From positions 1-64,000 of the forward strand of contig JALMLS010000072.1 in NCBI GenBank assembly GCA_038496445.1: a stretch of 64,000 nt of DNA. Reading direction: 5' to 3'. The position numbers and the translations under genes were made by a program. Origin of the DNA: Trichosphaerium sp. ATCC 40318 (Eukaryota; Protista; Tubulinea). A model generated the notes under the pieces. It saw nothing but the letters and a program-made list of their open reading frames with translations, did not search any database and had not been told where the DNA came from. Shown piece after piece: positions 30,101-40,459 of this stretch (positions are counted from its first letter, which is position 1; each line of letters opens with the position of its first letter).

Positions 30101-32193
30101 CCTTCTTCTACAATACAAAGTAAGCTTATAGCTAACAATGGATCTTGTTTCAAATGTATAAAAAATATTTGGCGCGTGTACCTAGACCTTTGAAAATAGC
30201 TGGTACAATTTCGTCTTGGTATGAATAAATATCTGGTTTCAATTGGCATGAGAAACGGCCCAAAGTAGCGCAAGCTTGAGTTCTAACTTTTGGGTTGGAA
30301 TCGATTGTGCCTTGGAGTACCTTGAACGCACTATTAGTCACTTGTAACAACGATTTACGCCAATAACGTACAATAGGTAGTAAAGCATGTAATTGCTCTC
30401 CCATGACATCATCACAACCTTCGCATAGTGCCTTTGTAAAAGTATTACAAAAATATTCCATTCATGATAATATAGTACCATCAATACGCCGTATGTTCCT
30501 CTTCGGACAGTCCATTCACCAGCTGCTTTCATTTGTTGAACGTACTTGAGAATAGGTTCGTATATTTGGGATGAAGGAAGTTGACGTGACATTACAAGGA
30601 TGATGGAGCTAGCAAACTGAAAAAGGTGGTTAGTGTCAAGTATTTCAAATAATACAAAAAAAAAAAGGTACTTTGTATGCTGTCTCTTCATCAGCGTCTA
30701 CGCCTTCATCTTCTGGTTCGCACAAAATTGGCATCATTACTTGGAGAACAGGCTCAATGAGCTTGTTTTGAGTGATAGCCTTAGGATTACTAGAAAAAAA
30801 AATTAGTTTCGTTATTTCAACTATTATTCCAAGTTTTGAGAAAAACGCACTAAATACATGTCCATTGGATGAATGATAGGGCGGCAGAACGGAGAGAAAA
30901 GTCTAGGTTCTTTTGTGATCCGATTTCAAGAACGAATTGTAGAACAAGAGGGATTTGTTGAGCAATAATTGGTGAAGGCTAAAATATTGGTGAGTCGAAC
31001 AAGCCCAAAGACTGAAATCTACTGGCGACGTACCGTCTCTACAAGATCAGCGAATACGTGTAATGCCTCAGTAGCTTCATCGTGAAAGTCTGTTACGAAT
31101 ATTAGAACAATTTTAAGCGCTCAATGCAAAATAGAAAATATGTATGCACGTGCTTTGTGCAATGCAAGATTTTACGACTTCAGCCATTGCAGCGACCATA
31201 TTCTGCATAGATGCCTACAAAATCATCGTTACAACATGTTAAATACGCCGTTAAATCGTACGACTTCTTCGTTGGTTTGTACAAGAAGGAGAAGCTCACC
31301 GGCTACCCTACATGGAAATTAAGAAATTAAGAAGTGCGAGAGAAGCTGTTTTAGAAAAACAAAAAGTGACACTTTGACAAAAATGTTGAACATAATTTTG
31401 TGCGTTGTTGGCGTACTTTACAGCTTGTAACTTTACTTTTGGGTGTTCAGCACCACTCATTGACTTTTGTAAGAGTTGCACCAATTGAACAAAGTTAAAG
31501 TCCAAAAATGCGCGGGCTGTTTTGATCTCGGCAAAAGCGGAGTCCAAGATGGAAAAACCAATCTAAGCGCTGTCGTTAACAACTGTATAGAGTTAATTTT
31601 ATTTTTTTTGTACCTCACGATGTTCTGCTTTTGGGCTTGTGCAAAATTGATAAATATCTTTCATAAAAGAAGGCCATTTGCCTTGAGGGCGTTAGTTCGA
31701 CGTATTTTAAAAATAGCGGGAAACAAACCTAGTGGCACTGTCAAACGCGCCAAAAGAACTACCAATGGTGCAATGTTCAATCGTACGAGACGTCTAACCC
31801 GAATAAGATGTTTGAACGAATTTCACGTCAAATGAAGAATTAATCGCTTACTCTGGCTCCTTTACTAACGCTTCGATCAATCCTTTGCGTAACTCGAGTT
31901 TGTTTGCGTCTTGTAATTTTCCCCAGTGTTTTGTCAAGCGGTATCGCAACAACACAGCAGAGAGTTGTCGCACCTAAAAAACGTGTTTTTCTACAGAACT
32001 TCTCAAATTTTACGCGTACCTGCGGTAATGCGCTCTGGCAAATTAATTGAAACATAACAGGGACAGCTTGGACATTATTGATGTACTTTTTAATGCTGAC
32101 TTCTGCATTTCTCACGGCTTCAGTATTAGGAGTCGTAAACTGTTTTAGGACTTCTTGGAACTGCTCTACGGTCAGTTGTGGGGCATTTGCCAT
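27111..32193 (-). CDS. IPO4: Importin-4 (Kap123-like karyopherin-beta), many exons
   Basis: IBN_N start (PNTEAVRNAE..PQVRQLSAVLLR), HEAT repeats, FVDEKTAALQAL, VRNNATF, LDNCCGAIARMI, LPIRKDVVE. Confidence 0.85.
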
Positions 32194-33196
32194 TATGATT
32201 TGCTCTTATGTCACGAAAGCGTACAAAAACGTAAGTCAACCAAATAGACCGAAGAAGACCCGACCTGTATTGTTGCTCACAACTCAACTACATTCGTTGA
32301 GACGCCATGACGCTATAAAAGGAAAAACAGACTTCAAATTGTTCTATTATTCAATACGGAACAAATTCAGAGATTGGTACAATTTACTTGCAACTTACAA
32401 TAGATTGTAGATACTGCATCGTCTACGGCGCTTTGCCATAAGCTCGTAGAGTTTTTATGCTTGTGGTAGCAGTTATTCTTGCCTTTGTTTTACTCCCTCC
32501 TCTTTTAGTTGCCACAACTACGACAAAGACAAAAGGCACCACCTTGGCAACTGATACACCTTCTCAACAGCTATTATCGCTTGCAAGAGAATAGGAAGTG
32601 TACTGAAATTATAAGTACTTCCAACTAGTTACGTCTTTTGTTTTAGCTAGCATGTGCCTACAACCCATATTATCTTCACCAGGGCCACTAATTATATCAC
32701 TAACCTACAAACGCCTCCACCTTATTATTAGTTTAAGAGTCATGTTGACTCATGTTCCAAAATCAAACTATGAACATCACTTTTGCGCTACATTTTACCT
32801 TGCATGATCTTTATGACTAGCAGCTATAGATTCTTACGGAAGGAGAAATTGAATATACCGTGTGAAAGGCGTCAAATACGTACTTGACAATCATCACCGA
32901 GAAATAACAGACAAGAAAAAAGTGAGAAAAAAACCTTGAAGAATTACAACAACTGTTCCTTGTGAAAACTGTATTCTTTGGTAGGTATGAATAAACACTT
33001 CTTTGTTTTGGCTTTTGTGTATGTTAAGTTGCTGTAACAGATTCTTATACTTTTAGGAGCTGATTTTCTGAAAAACTGTAAGAATGCGCGTGGAGCTTCA
33101 AGGCATTTGTGGCCCAAAGTGGGAAAAAAAGAAAGTTCGCTTAACTTTTTTTCTTTCTTTTTTAAACCAATATTACCAGAGCGTAACATCACGTCA

Positions 33197-33874
33197 ATGA
33201 ATTATTTCTACCTCGCCCTTATTTTTGTAGCGTCTTTCGCGCTTTTGTCGCTCGCTCAAACGGATCCAGACCCACCAGCGCTAAATTACCCAATGACGTC
33301 TACATTACTTCGTACACATGCCTACAGAGATGGTAAGCCATTCCTTTCTGTTGGAGAGACATTATCTCAGAAAATGGTTGGAGATTTGCTCTACGAGGTA
33401 TACTATATCGTCCCTGGATTCCCTTTCAGCATCAGAGACCCGTCTAACACTATAGTAAACGGTATAAGACTTGTTAACATCTACGACTTTAAAGCAAATA
33501 CAAAAAGAGGAGTTTATTTTTTGATAAGTACAGAAAACGAGGAAAACTGCATGTCAGACACAACCGTCAAAATGGAAGAGCCTCGTATTACATTCACTGG
33601 TAACACTACTATCAGAGGACTTGACACAATGGGATTTAGATACCAATACAAAGAATACACTGAAGATATTTTCTATACCGAAGATGTACACGGTTGGGTA
33701 AATTTCAGGACCATTCATATCTTCCCTGAAACACATGATGAGAGTCAATGGTTACTGGATGCTGGTACACACTTTAAACTTGCTCTTGATGATAAGTTTT
33801 TCGATACCACGTGCAATACATCTGTACTTTCCGAAACGATTTCGAAAAGAAGTCTTGAATCCTTTATTCATTAA
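33197..33874 (+). CDS. Secreted protein, intronless; possibly ependymin-related fold
   Basis: Signal peptide MNYFYLALIFVASFALLSLA and a 225-aa ORF. The ependymin-like call is a weak visual match only. Confidence 0.65.
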   Translation: MNYFYLALIFVASFALLSLAQTDPDPPALNYPMTSTLLRTHAYRDGKPFLSVGETLSQKMVGDLLYEVYYIVPGFPFSIRDPSNTIVNGIRLVNIYDFKANTKRGVYFLISTENEENCMSDTTVKMEEPRITFTGNTTIRGLDTMGFRYQYKEYTEDIFYTEDVHGWVNFRTIHIFPETHDESQWLLDAGTHFKLALDDKFFDTTCNTSVLSETISKRSLESFIH

Positions 33875-33917
33875 TAAATGCGATTACTTCCCCTTTTGTG
33901 ATGTTTTGACTCTAATT

Positions 33918-34360
33918 CACTCAAGGGAGTCCATGCTATTAATCTGCGTAAACCAAAGTAACAGACGAAGGTATTAAATCGCTTGAAGGAGTTCACACTA
34001 TTTACTTTTCGCGTGTTCCAGTAACTGACGAATGTATCAAAGCGCTTGCTGGGGTTCACACAATTCTCCTCGATAGATTTAGTGATAGACGAGTATTAAA
34101 GCACTTGCCTAGCTGCATGTTATACAAGGCACCTCAGTGACAGATAAGGGCATCAAAGCTGAAAGGTATACGAGATTGAGCTTGGTGGTACTTCAGTGAC
34201 AGATGAAGGCATCAAAGCGCTTGCTGGAGTATATAAAATTAACTTATGTGGTACTTTAGTGACAGATAAATGTATCAAAATCCTACAAGGAGTACGCTTC
34301 ATCAACATCGCTAACACAGGTGTGACAGATGAAAGCATCAAATCACTGAAAGGCGCATAA
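33918..34360 (+). pseudogene. Degenerate leucine-rich-repeat gene fragment (~22-aa VTDEGIKALAGVHTINL-type repeats)
   Basis: Recurring GT(A/G)ACAGA(C/T)GAAGG(C/T)ATCAAA-like units about every 60-66 nt, encoding VTDEGIK/VTDECIK/VTDESIK, with frameshifts and no start. Confidence 0.75.
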
Positions 34361-34768
34361 TATTTTCGTGGTTAGATTAGTGTTCAAACACCGAAACACA
34401 TTTATCTTTAAATATTCGCTGTCACGCGTACCTTACAAAGATGCGTTATAAAAATAAAAATTCGTTAAAGAATGCATTAGTTGAAAACGTTGTATTTGCA
34501 ATTGTTTACATAAACACTTTAACATGCAAAAGTCTAAGGGAATAATTTAATGTAAACTGTTTTTCACCGTAGCGTTTACATGGAACTTGCACACAAAGTG
34601 GTGACGTTATGGGTTAAACTTGCGTTGATAATCATATCAGAGCGTTGAATGTAACGTAGATAGAACTTTACACGTTTGTCATTTTAATAGTTGGAAAAAT
34701 AAGGGCGTAAGCTGTCACATCAAGAGAGTTTTAGTTAATGATTGACTTAACATTTTCCCACATTCATG

Positions 34769-35725
34769 TTAAAGCACAGACACGGAGCTTGTGTTAAACT
34801 GTACGCCGCTATCATAGATAGCTCCTGGTTGAACAGAAGGTATAATGTTATTTGATGTAATGACTTGACCGTCTTCAGAGGTAACCCGGATAGACAACGG
34901 CATTGCTAATCCAGAACCTTGAACTTGAATCAGCCAATAGTTGTAGTCTTGTCTAGCTGGTTTTTCCCATGTTGTATCAGTAGCTTGCTTCAACTCAAGA
35001 AGTTTAACACCGCCTATGCCACCGACATTGAATGCTTGCAGTTCAAACCACCACTTGTTTGAACCAGTCTTCACTCTGTACTACAGGTATTCAATACAAC
35101 ATGCAAACGTATTCTCCTTTACCTTCAGATTTCCAGATACATCACAAGTTACTTGGCGATATTGTGTCTCCATTACGCCAGCAACGGGATTGGCTAGAAT
35201 AGTGAATGCCTCTTCGCTGAGATCCAAATGGTCCTGGACAGGTGAGTATAACCCATAAGAACTATTTAAACGAATTCCTTGTACCTTATCACCGCAGCAC
35301 CATTTAGGATTAGGCCCACAAGGACATTCATCTGTAACCTGTACAACAACTGTTGCGTTCGGTACACAACTTCCTTGTTTGTAGGGCGTGCTTTCAGCAT
35401 TCAGAAAGTAGGCACGTGCGTGACCGCAAAATTTCAAAGATAAAACAAGTACCTGAGGCATTGTATCTCAAAACATTCGCCACATACGCCAGCTTTATTA
35501 TAAAACGCTTCATTAGGGGCAGCGATGTGCCTGAATGGAAACGTTTTGGAAGGAATAGGTCCGTAACCACATGCACCATCGTCAGGAGTGGTGTAGTACG
35601 TAGAACGCCCAGGCTGACTTGTTGTTAGCTTATTCCGTCTTGTTTAGACTAACCTTCCAAGGCCCAAGTGGCTTGAATGAAACGCAAAGTAAAAGTAGAG
35701 TCGAGAGTAACAAAAGATAACGCAT
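34769..35725 (-). CDS. Expansin-like secreted protein (DPBB plus CBM63-type domain), multi-exon
   Basis: Signal peptide; STYY..GACGYG; CGECFEIQC; VVQVTDECP; HLDLSEEAF; YRQVTC; C-terminal RQDYNYW and PLSIRVTSEDGQ. Confidence 0.9.
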
Positions 35726-36190
35726 TTTAATTCTGGGTTGTACTCACTTTTGACTTAAAATCACGTGACATTTACAATGTACTAATACCCTTAGCGCTAT
35801 GATAAGTATACAACAGACAACGCAATACACTATTTTTTCAAGCGCACATTAGGGACGTGCCATGGCTTTAAATTAGGCTAAATTTCCGAGGAAGAGATTG
35901 CTTAACAACTGTATCTGTAGTATAGCCTTAGAATGTGTTATGTTGTAGTGGTAGCGCATCTAGAGACGTTTTGTTGTACAGCTTACTTAAAGTAACGTCA
36001 GGACGTGGAAAATTGTTTGGATTGCGTGGCATACTTGAAAATTAGCGAGTTTTCTACGGAAAAAATGTCATATAACAATAAATAGCACAAAGAGTGCAAT
36101 AACTAGACAAAACAACTAATAGAGTACGTTTGCGACATGTTGTAGTGTCAAACCAGTTTGTTTGTTTAAAAAACGTGCTTACGTGCCTAG

Positions 36191-37572
36191 TCCACGGTGA
36201 GGACTATTTTATCATTCGGTTGGACATCAGGGAGTACCTGTAGGTCAGCTAGGTACAATATTTAGTAAAACCTGATTCTCTAGCGTATTAACGTTTTAAA
36301 AGGCGGTTTATCCAAACCGCTCTGACCTCAGGCGGCGTTGATGCGTCCTCCACCAGCAATGGTGTTGAGGTAAGAAATTTTCACGTTACCATTCATGTTT
36401 ACGCGTGTAGGACCTCCGCCTCCGCCCCTCAAGGAGATTTAAGCGACGTGTGACGCGCAAAGGCAAAATTTTGGCATCTCAACAAGAGCGCACAGAAAAA
36501 TCAGGCAGAACAAGAACACGCGTACGACGCAGGAACCCACATAACAGAGCCCAAAAAAAAGAACAAAAAGCTCTAGATGTGAACAACACAGATCAATTTC
36601 CAAAGCTCTCTGTACGCTTTCACATTGATATTATCAGCGTATACGCCCTTTTGAATCCAAAACTCGCACATCGTTCCCAAAAACCGACCATGAATTCTCG
36701 CTTATTAACGTTAATACGATTGTTAGGAATCTGAGACTATTGTATCTACAACTCCTGTTGCAACAAGCCTACAAACATACAAACAAGTACTTCAAGAGTC
36801 ACAAAGAAAGACACTCATCCTCTCTGCAACTCCTTTCAAGAAGCAACGCATGTTGGTACGTGTCCAGAAGCCAATACATAATTTTTCCATAAAAGTAAAT
36901 GAGTTTGACACGCCAATCTCAAAAACTCATTTTTGGTGACTCTTCTCCACTAACTCACCTCAGGTTGGCATAAGCAAAGTAAGAGACGAGTTTATTGCAC
37001 CAACACTTCCAGTTCCAAAAGTACAAGAAAGAATCATGCGCAAAGCGCCACGGTACAAGACATTTTTACCAAAAATGATGTATCCATTTTTTTACTAAAT
37101 TCCACCAAGTACTTCCATCACTCGTACTGTCAAGGACAAAACTTTCGTACCACTTCTTCCAGTATATCAAGCGAAACAAACAACAACACGCACATCATAC
37201 AAACAAAAAGCTCAACGTGCTGTACGCATCTATGTTTGGCCTTCACTGCTATAAATACCAATGTCTTACTTGTTGTATTAGTGGATTGCTAAGTTGCTCG
37301 CCCGTCGTGGTATTCACTTGCTTGTACCTTCATACATGTTCAATACAATGGCTCAAACAGACAAGTTGACGTTCCTTAAGAGCCCATCATCAACAAATGT
37401 AAGATTGTTTGTCTCACACGTGATATTTTTAATCTGATTTTTTTAGTCCGGTATTCTAGCGTATAGACCTAAAAATCAAACATCCAAACTTCCTTCATTT
37501 ACATCATGCTCAAGACAACTTCAAAATCAATTTCAAAACACATGGCTACCACAAACAATACTAAGCTGTTAG
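36191..37572 (+). CDS. Uncharacterised basic, low-complexity spliced ORF upstream of and overlapping hisB; start codon unresolved
   Basis: Frame stays open across 7 GT-AG introns (donors ~36253, 36370, 36612, 36856, 37053, 37222, 37399) to TAG 37570-37572. First in-frame ATG is only at ~36850. Confidence 0.55.
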
Positions 37573-38513
37573 AAGCAACAAAACTCATCCTTTGTACGCC
37601 TAAAATCTCCTTTAGTTTTTGTCCTACTGTTTGTAAAATCTAACACGTGGTCTAGCTTCCTCCGATACAGAACTAGCTGCTGTGATGACTAAACTATCAT
37701 CAAGTGATGCACTTAAACTTGTAGAAAAAGTGTCTACTGCTTCAAAAAGTAAACAGAAAAAAACAACTTTAAGAAAAGCCACTGTAGAGCGTAAGACAAA
37801 AGAGACTCAAATCAGTGTATATGTCAATTTAGATGGTATGTGATATAGGCACTCTTTTAGCGCAAATACTAAATTAGTTTACTTTTGTAGGTTCAGGAAA
37901 AAGTAAAATCGATACAGGCATTGGTTTTTTGAATCACATGTTTGATGCTTTATCTAAGCATAGTATGATCAATATTGAAGTTACTTGTAACGGAGACTTA
38001 CACATTGACGATCACCACACAAGTGAAGATTGCGCATTGGCTCTAGGATCAGCCATTAACAAAGCCATTGGAGACAAAAAAGGCATTACAAGGTTCGTAC
38101 TTTTTATTTTAGTTTCTTTGCGCCTCTCTCCCATTGAAGCTTACTTTGAATCACTAATGCATTGCTAAAGATTCGGTATTGGATTTGCACCTCTTGACGA
38201 GTCATTGTCACGTGCTGTTGTAGATTTCTCAGGACGTCCATCAGCCCACGTTGATCTCAAGTTCACCAGAGAAAAAATTGGCGATATCTCAACTGAAATG
38301 CTCACTCACGTGTTTGAGTCAATTGCTATGAACGCAAACATGACACTACATGTTGAAGTACTTAAAGGAACTAATAACCACCACAAGGCAGAATCAGCAT
38401 TTAAAGCCCTTGCCCAAGCACTGCGACAAGCTGTCGCAATTGACCCAAAAAGACTAGACCAAATCCCATCAACAAAAGGAACATTAGGAGAACAACAAAG
38501 TCAAAAACCATGA
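37542..38513 (+). CDS. hisB: Imidazoleglycerol-phosphate dehydratase with N-terminal extension, 4 exons (alternative in-frame ATG at 37506)
   Basis: RKTKETQISVYVNLDG, TGIGFLNHM, GDLHIDDHHTSED, APLDESLSRAVVDFSGRP, GTNNHHKAESAFKA, IPSTKG. Confidence 0.96.
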
Positions 38514-40459
38514 GCACAGACAAACCTAAAGGTAAATAGAGAACATTTGAATCCATTGGAATACTAACGATATTTGCGCATAGTTATTTTGGTAAAGACG
38601 TCTACGTCCAACTTGGGATCGATTATTGCTGCTTTTGAACGCTGTGGAACAACCCCAGTTATCTCAACAGATCCAAAAGATATCGAAACAGCTGATCATG
38701 TTGTTGTACCTGGAGTTGGAACAGTCGGACAAGCTATGGCCGTCATTAATGAAACAAAAGTGAACAAAGTTTTATGTGAACGCATCAGAAAGGTATGTAC
38801 ATACTCCACTTACGTTGTTTTACTAATATACTTCTTCCTAAAGGGACTTCCTTGTCTGTTTGTATGTGTTGGCACTCAACTATTGTGTAATGATAGCGTG
38901 GAGAACCCAGGAGTACAGGTAAGATTTTAATGACCATGCATTTTGAAAGAAAAGTCTTGACACGATTTAGGGCCTCGGTATTATTGATACAACAGTCCAG
39001 CGATTCCCAGATACTGTGGTTGTACCACAACAAGGATGGAACAAAGTTTACGTTGAAGGAAAGAGTAACTATATTGATGAGGATGGCTATGCGTTCTTTT
39101 CAAACTCTTTTTGCTTGAGACACAAACCTAAGGATTGGACAGTTACAATGTGTACTCACGCAGGTCCATTTATTGCGTGCATGGTACGAACACTACTACC
39201 AATAGCCCAATGTCACTAAGCATTATAATTTTAGGAATACGGTGCTATCCTTGCTTGTCAATTCCATCCTGAACTCTCTGGCACTTTCGGTTACAGCGCA
39301 CTTCGAAACTGGTTGAAAAAATCAAAATCACTCGTAAAACCGTACACTATCAGAGGCGGCGAGGATATCATAATTGCAAAAGATGATGCTTCATCAAACC
39401 TTGCAAGAAGAGTAGTGCCTTGCTTAGATGTGAGGAACGGTGTTGTAGTAAAGGGTATACACCAACTTTTATTTCCATGTTTGTATTTAATTGCTAATTG
39501 GTTTTAGGTATTAAGTTTCAAGGACTTAAAGAAGCCGGTGATCCAGCCGAGCAAGCTGCAAAATACGAAAGAGATGGTGCTGATGAGTTAGTCATGTTAG
39601 ATGTCTCTGCAACACCTGAAGGCCGTAAAACATGTACGATTTTTTGAGCTTCATTGCTTTTTCTTATTGTTGTTTAGCTCTCGAGACAATCAGGATTATT
39701 CGTGGTCAACTGTCTATTCCACTCACTGTAGGTGGTGGTATAAGGACTGTTGATAACGCACGGGCAATTCTAGAGGCTGGCGCTGATAAAGGTATGTTAA
39801 TGGCACTCAGTCTAGAAGTTGTTTAACAATCTAACGCGTATTTTTTAGTATCCATCAACACAGCTGCTGTGAGAAACCCTCAAATTCTTACTGACCTTGC
39901 ACACCAATTCGGTCGTCAATGTACTGTTCTAGCCATTGATGCTTCGTCTTGTGGTGAGGGCAAATGGGAAGTTGTTGTCAAGTCTGGAAAAGAACGTACA
40001 GGCATGGATGTTATCGAATGGGCAAAATCTGCTGTAGAAAAAGGAGCAGGAGAGATCTTGCTTACTTCCTGGGACAGAGATGGCACCAAACAGGTACTAC
40101 AAAACGCCCTCACCTGTGTAATAATATTCGATGATAGGGATATGACATTGAGCTACTTAATGCTATGCGCAAGGCCGTGAGCGTTCCAATTGTTGCATCA
40201 GGTACAATTCTTTGAATGTTGTTAGTATACTGTTTTGTTTACGCTTTATCTTTAGGTGGTGTTGGAAACCCAAAAGATCTAGTCGATGGACTTAAAGCAG
40301 GAGCCGATGCTGTATTAGCTGCATCAATTTTTCACTACGGCGAGTATACGCCAAACCAAGTTAAAGATATTCTACAAAAAACCCATAAAATCAGACACGT
40401 TAATGTACGGTTGCTTTATTAATAACTCTTATCAACTAAAACTATTATTTCAGAAATGA
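38510..40459 (+). CDS. hisHF: Fused imidazole-glycerol-phosphate synthase HisH-HisF, 11 exons (ends at 40422 if the last intron is retained)
   Basis: HisH: [29 protein letters not shown]. Linker, then HisF: [60 protein letters not shown]. Confidence 0.95.

Noticed and set aside
33918-34345. CRISPR-like array
   Set aside because: The ~60-66 nt periodicity is degenerate LRR coding sequence, not identical repeats with unique spacers.
36000-37540. Bacterial-type his attenuator (poly-His leader peptide plus terminator)
   Set aside because: No run of His codons in any uORF. The long leader ORF is His-poor and there is no terminator hairpin with a U-tract.
38480-38510. Shine-Dalgarno (AGGAG) or TURBS (TGGGA) motifs before the overlaps
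   Set aside because: AGGAG at 38486-38490 is ~19 nt from the ATG and has no counterpart at usable spacing at the other junctions. No TGGGA was seen shortly upstream of the junctions.
38495-38513. Canonical -1 frameshift slippery heptamer at the junctions
   Set aside because: No in-frame X XXY YYZ heptamer with a downstream structure was found, so frameshifting is kept only as a formal alternative.
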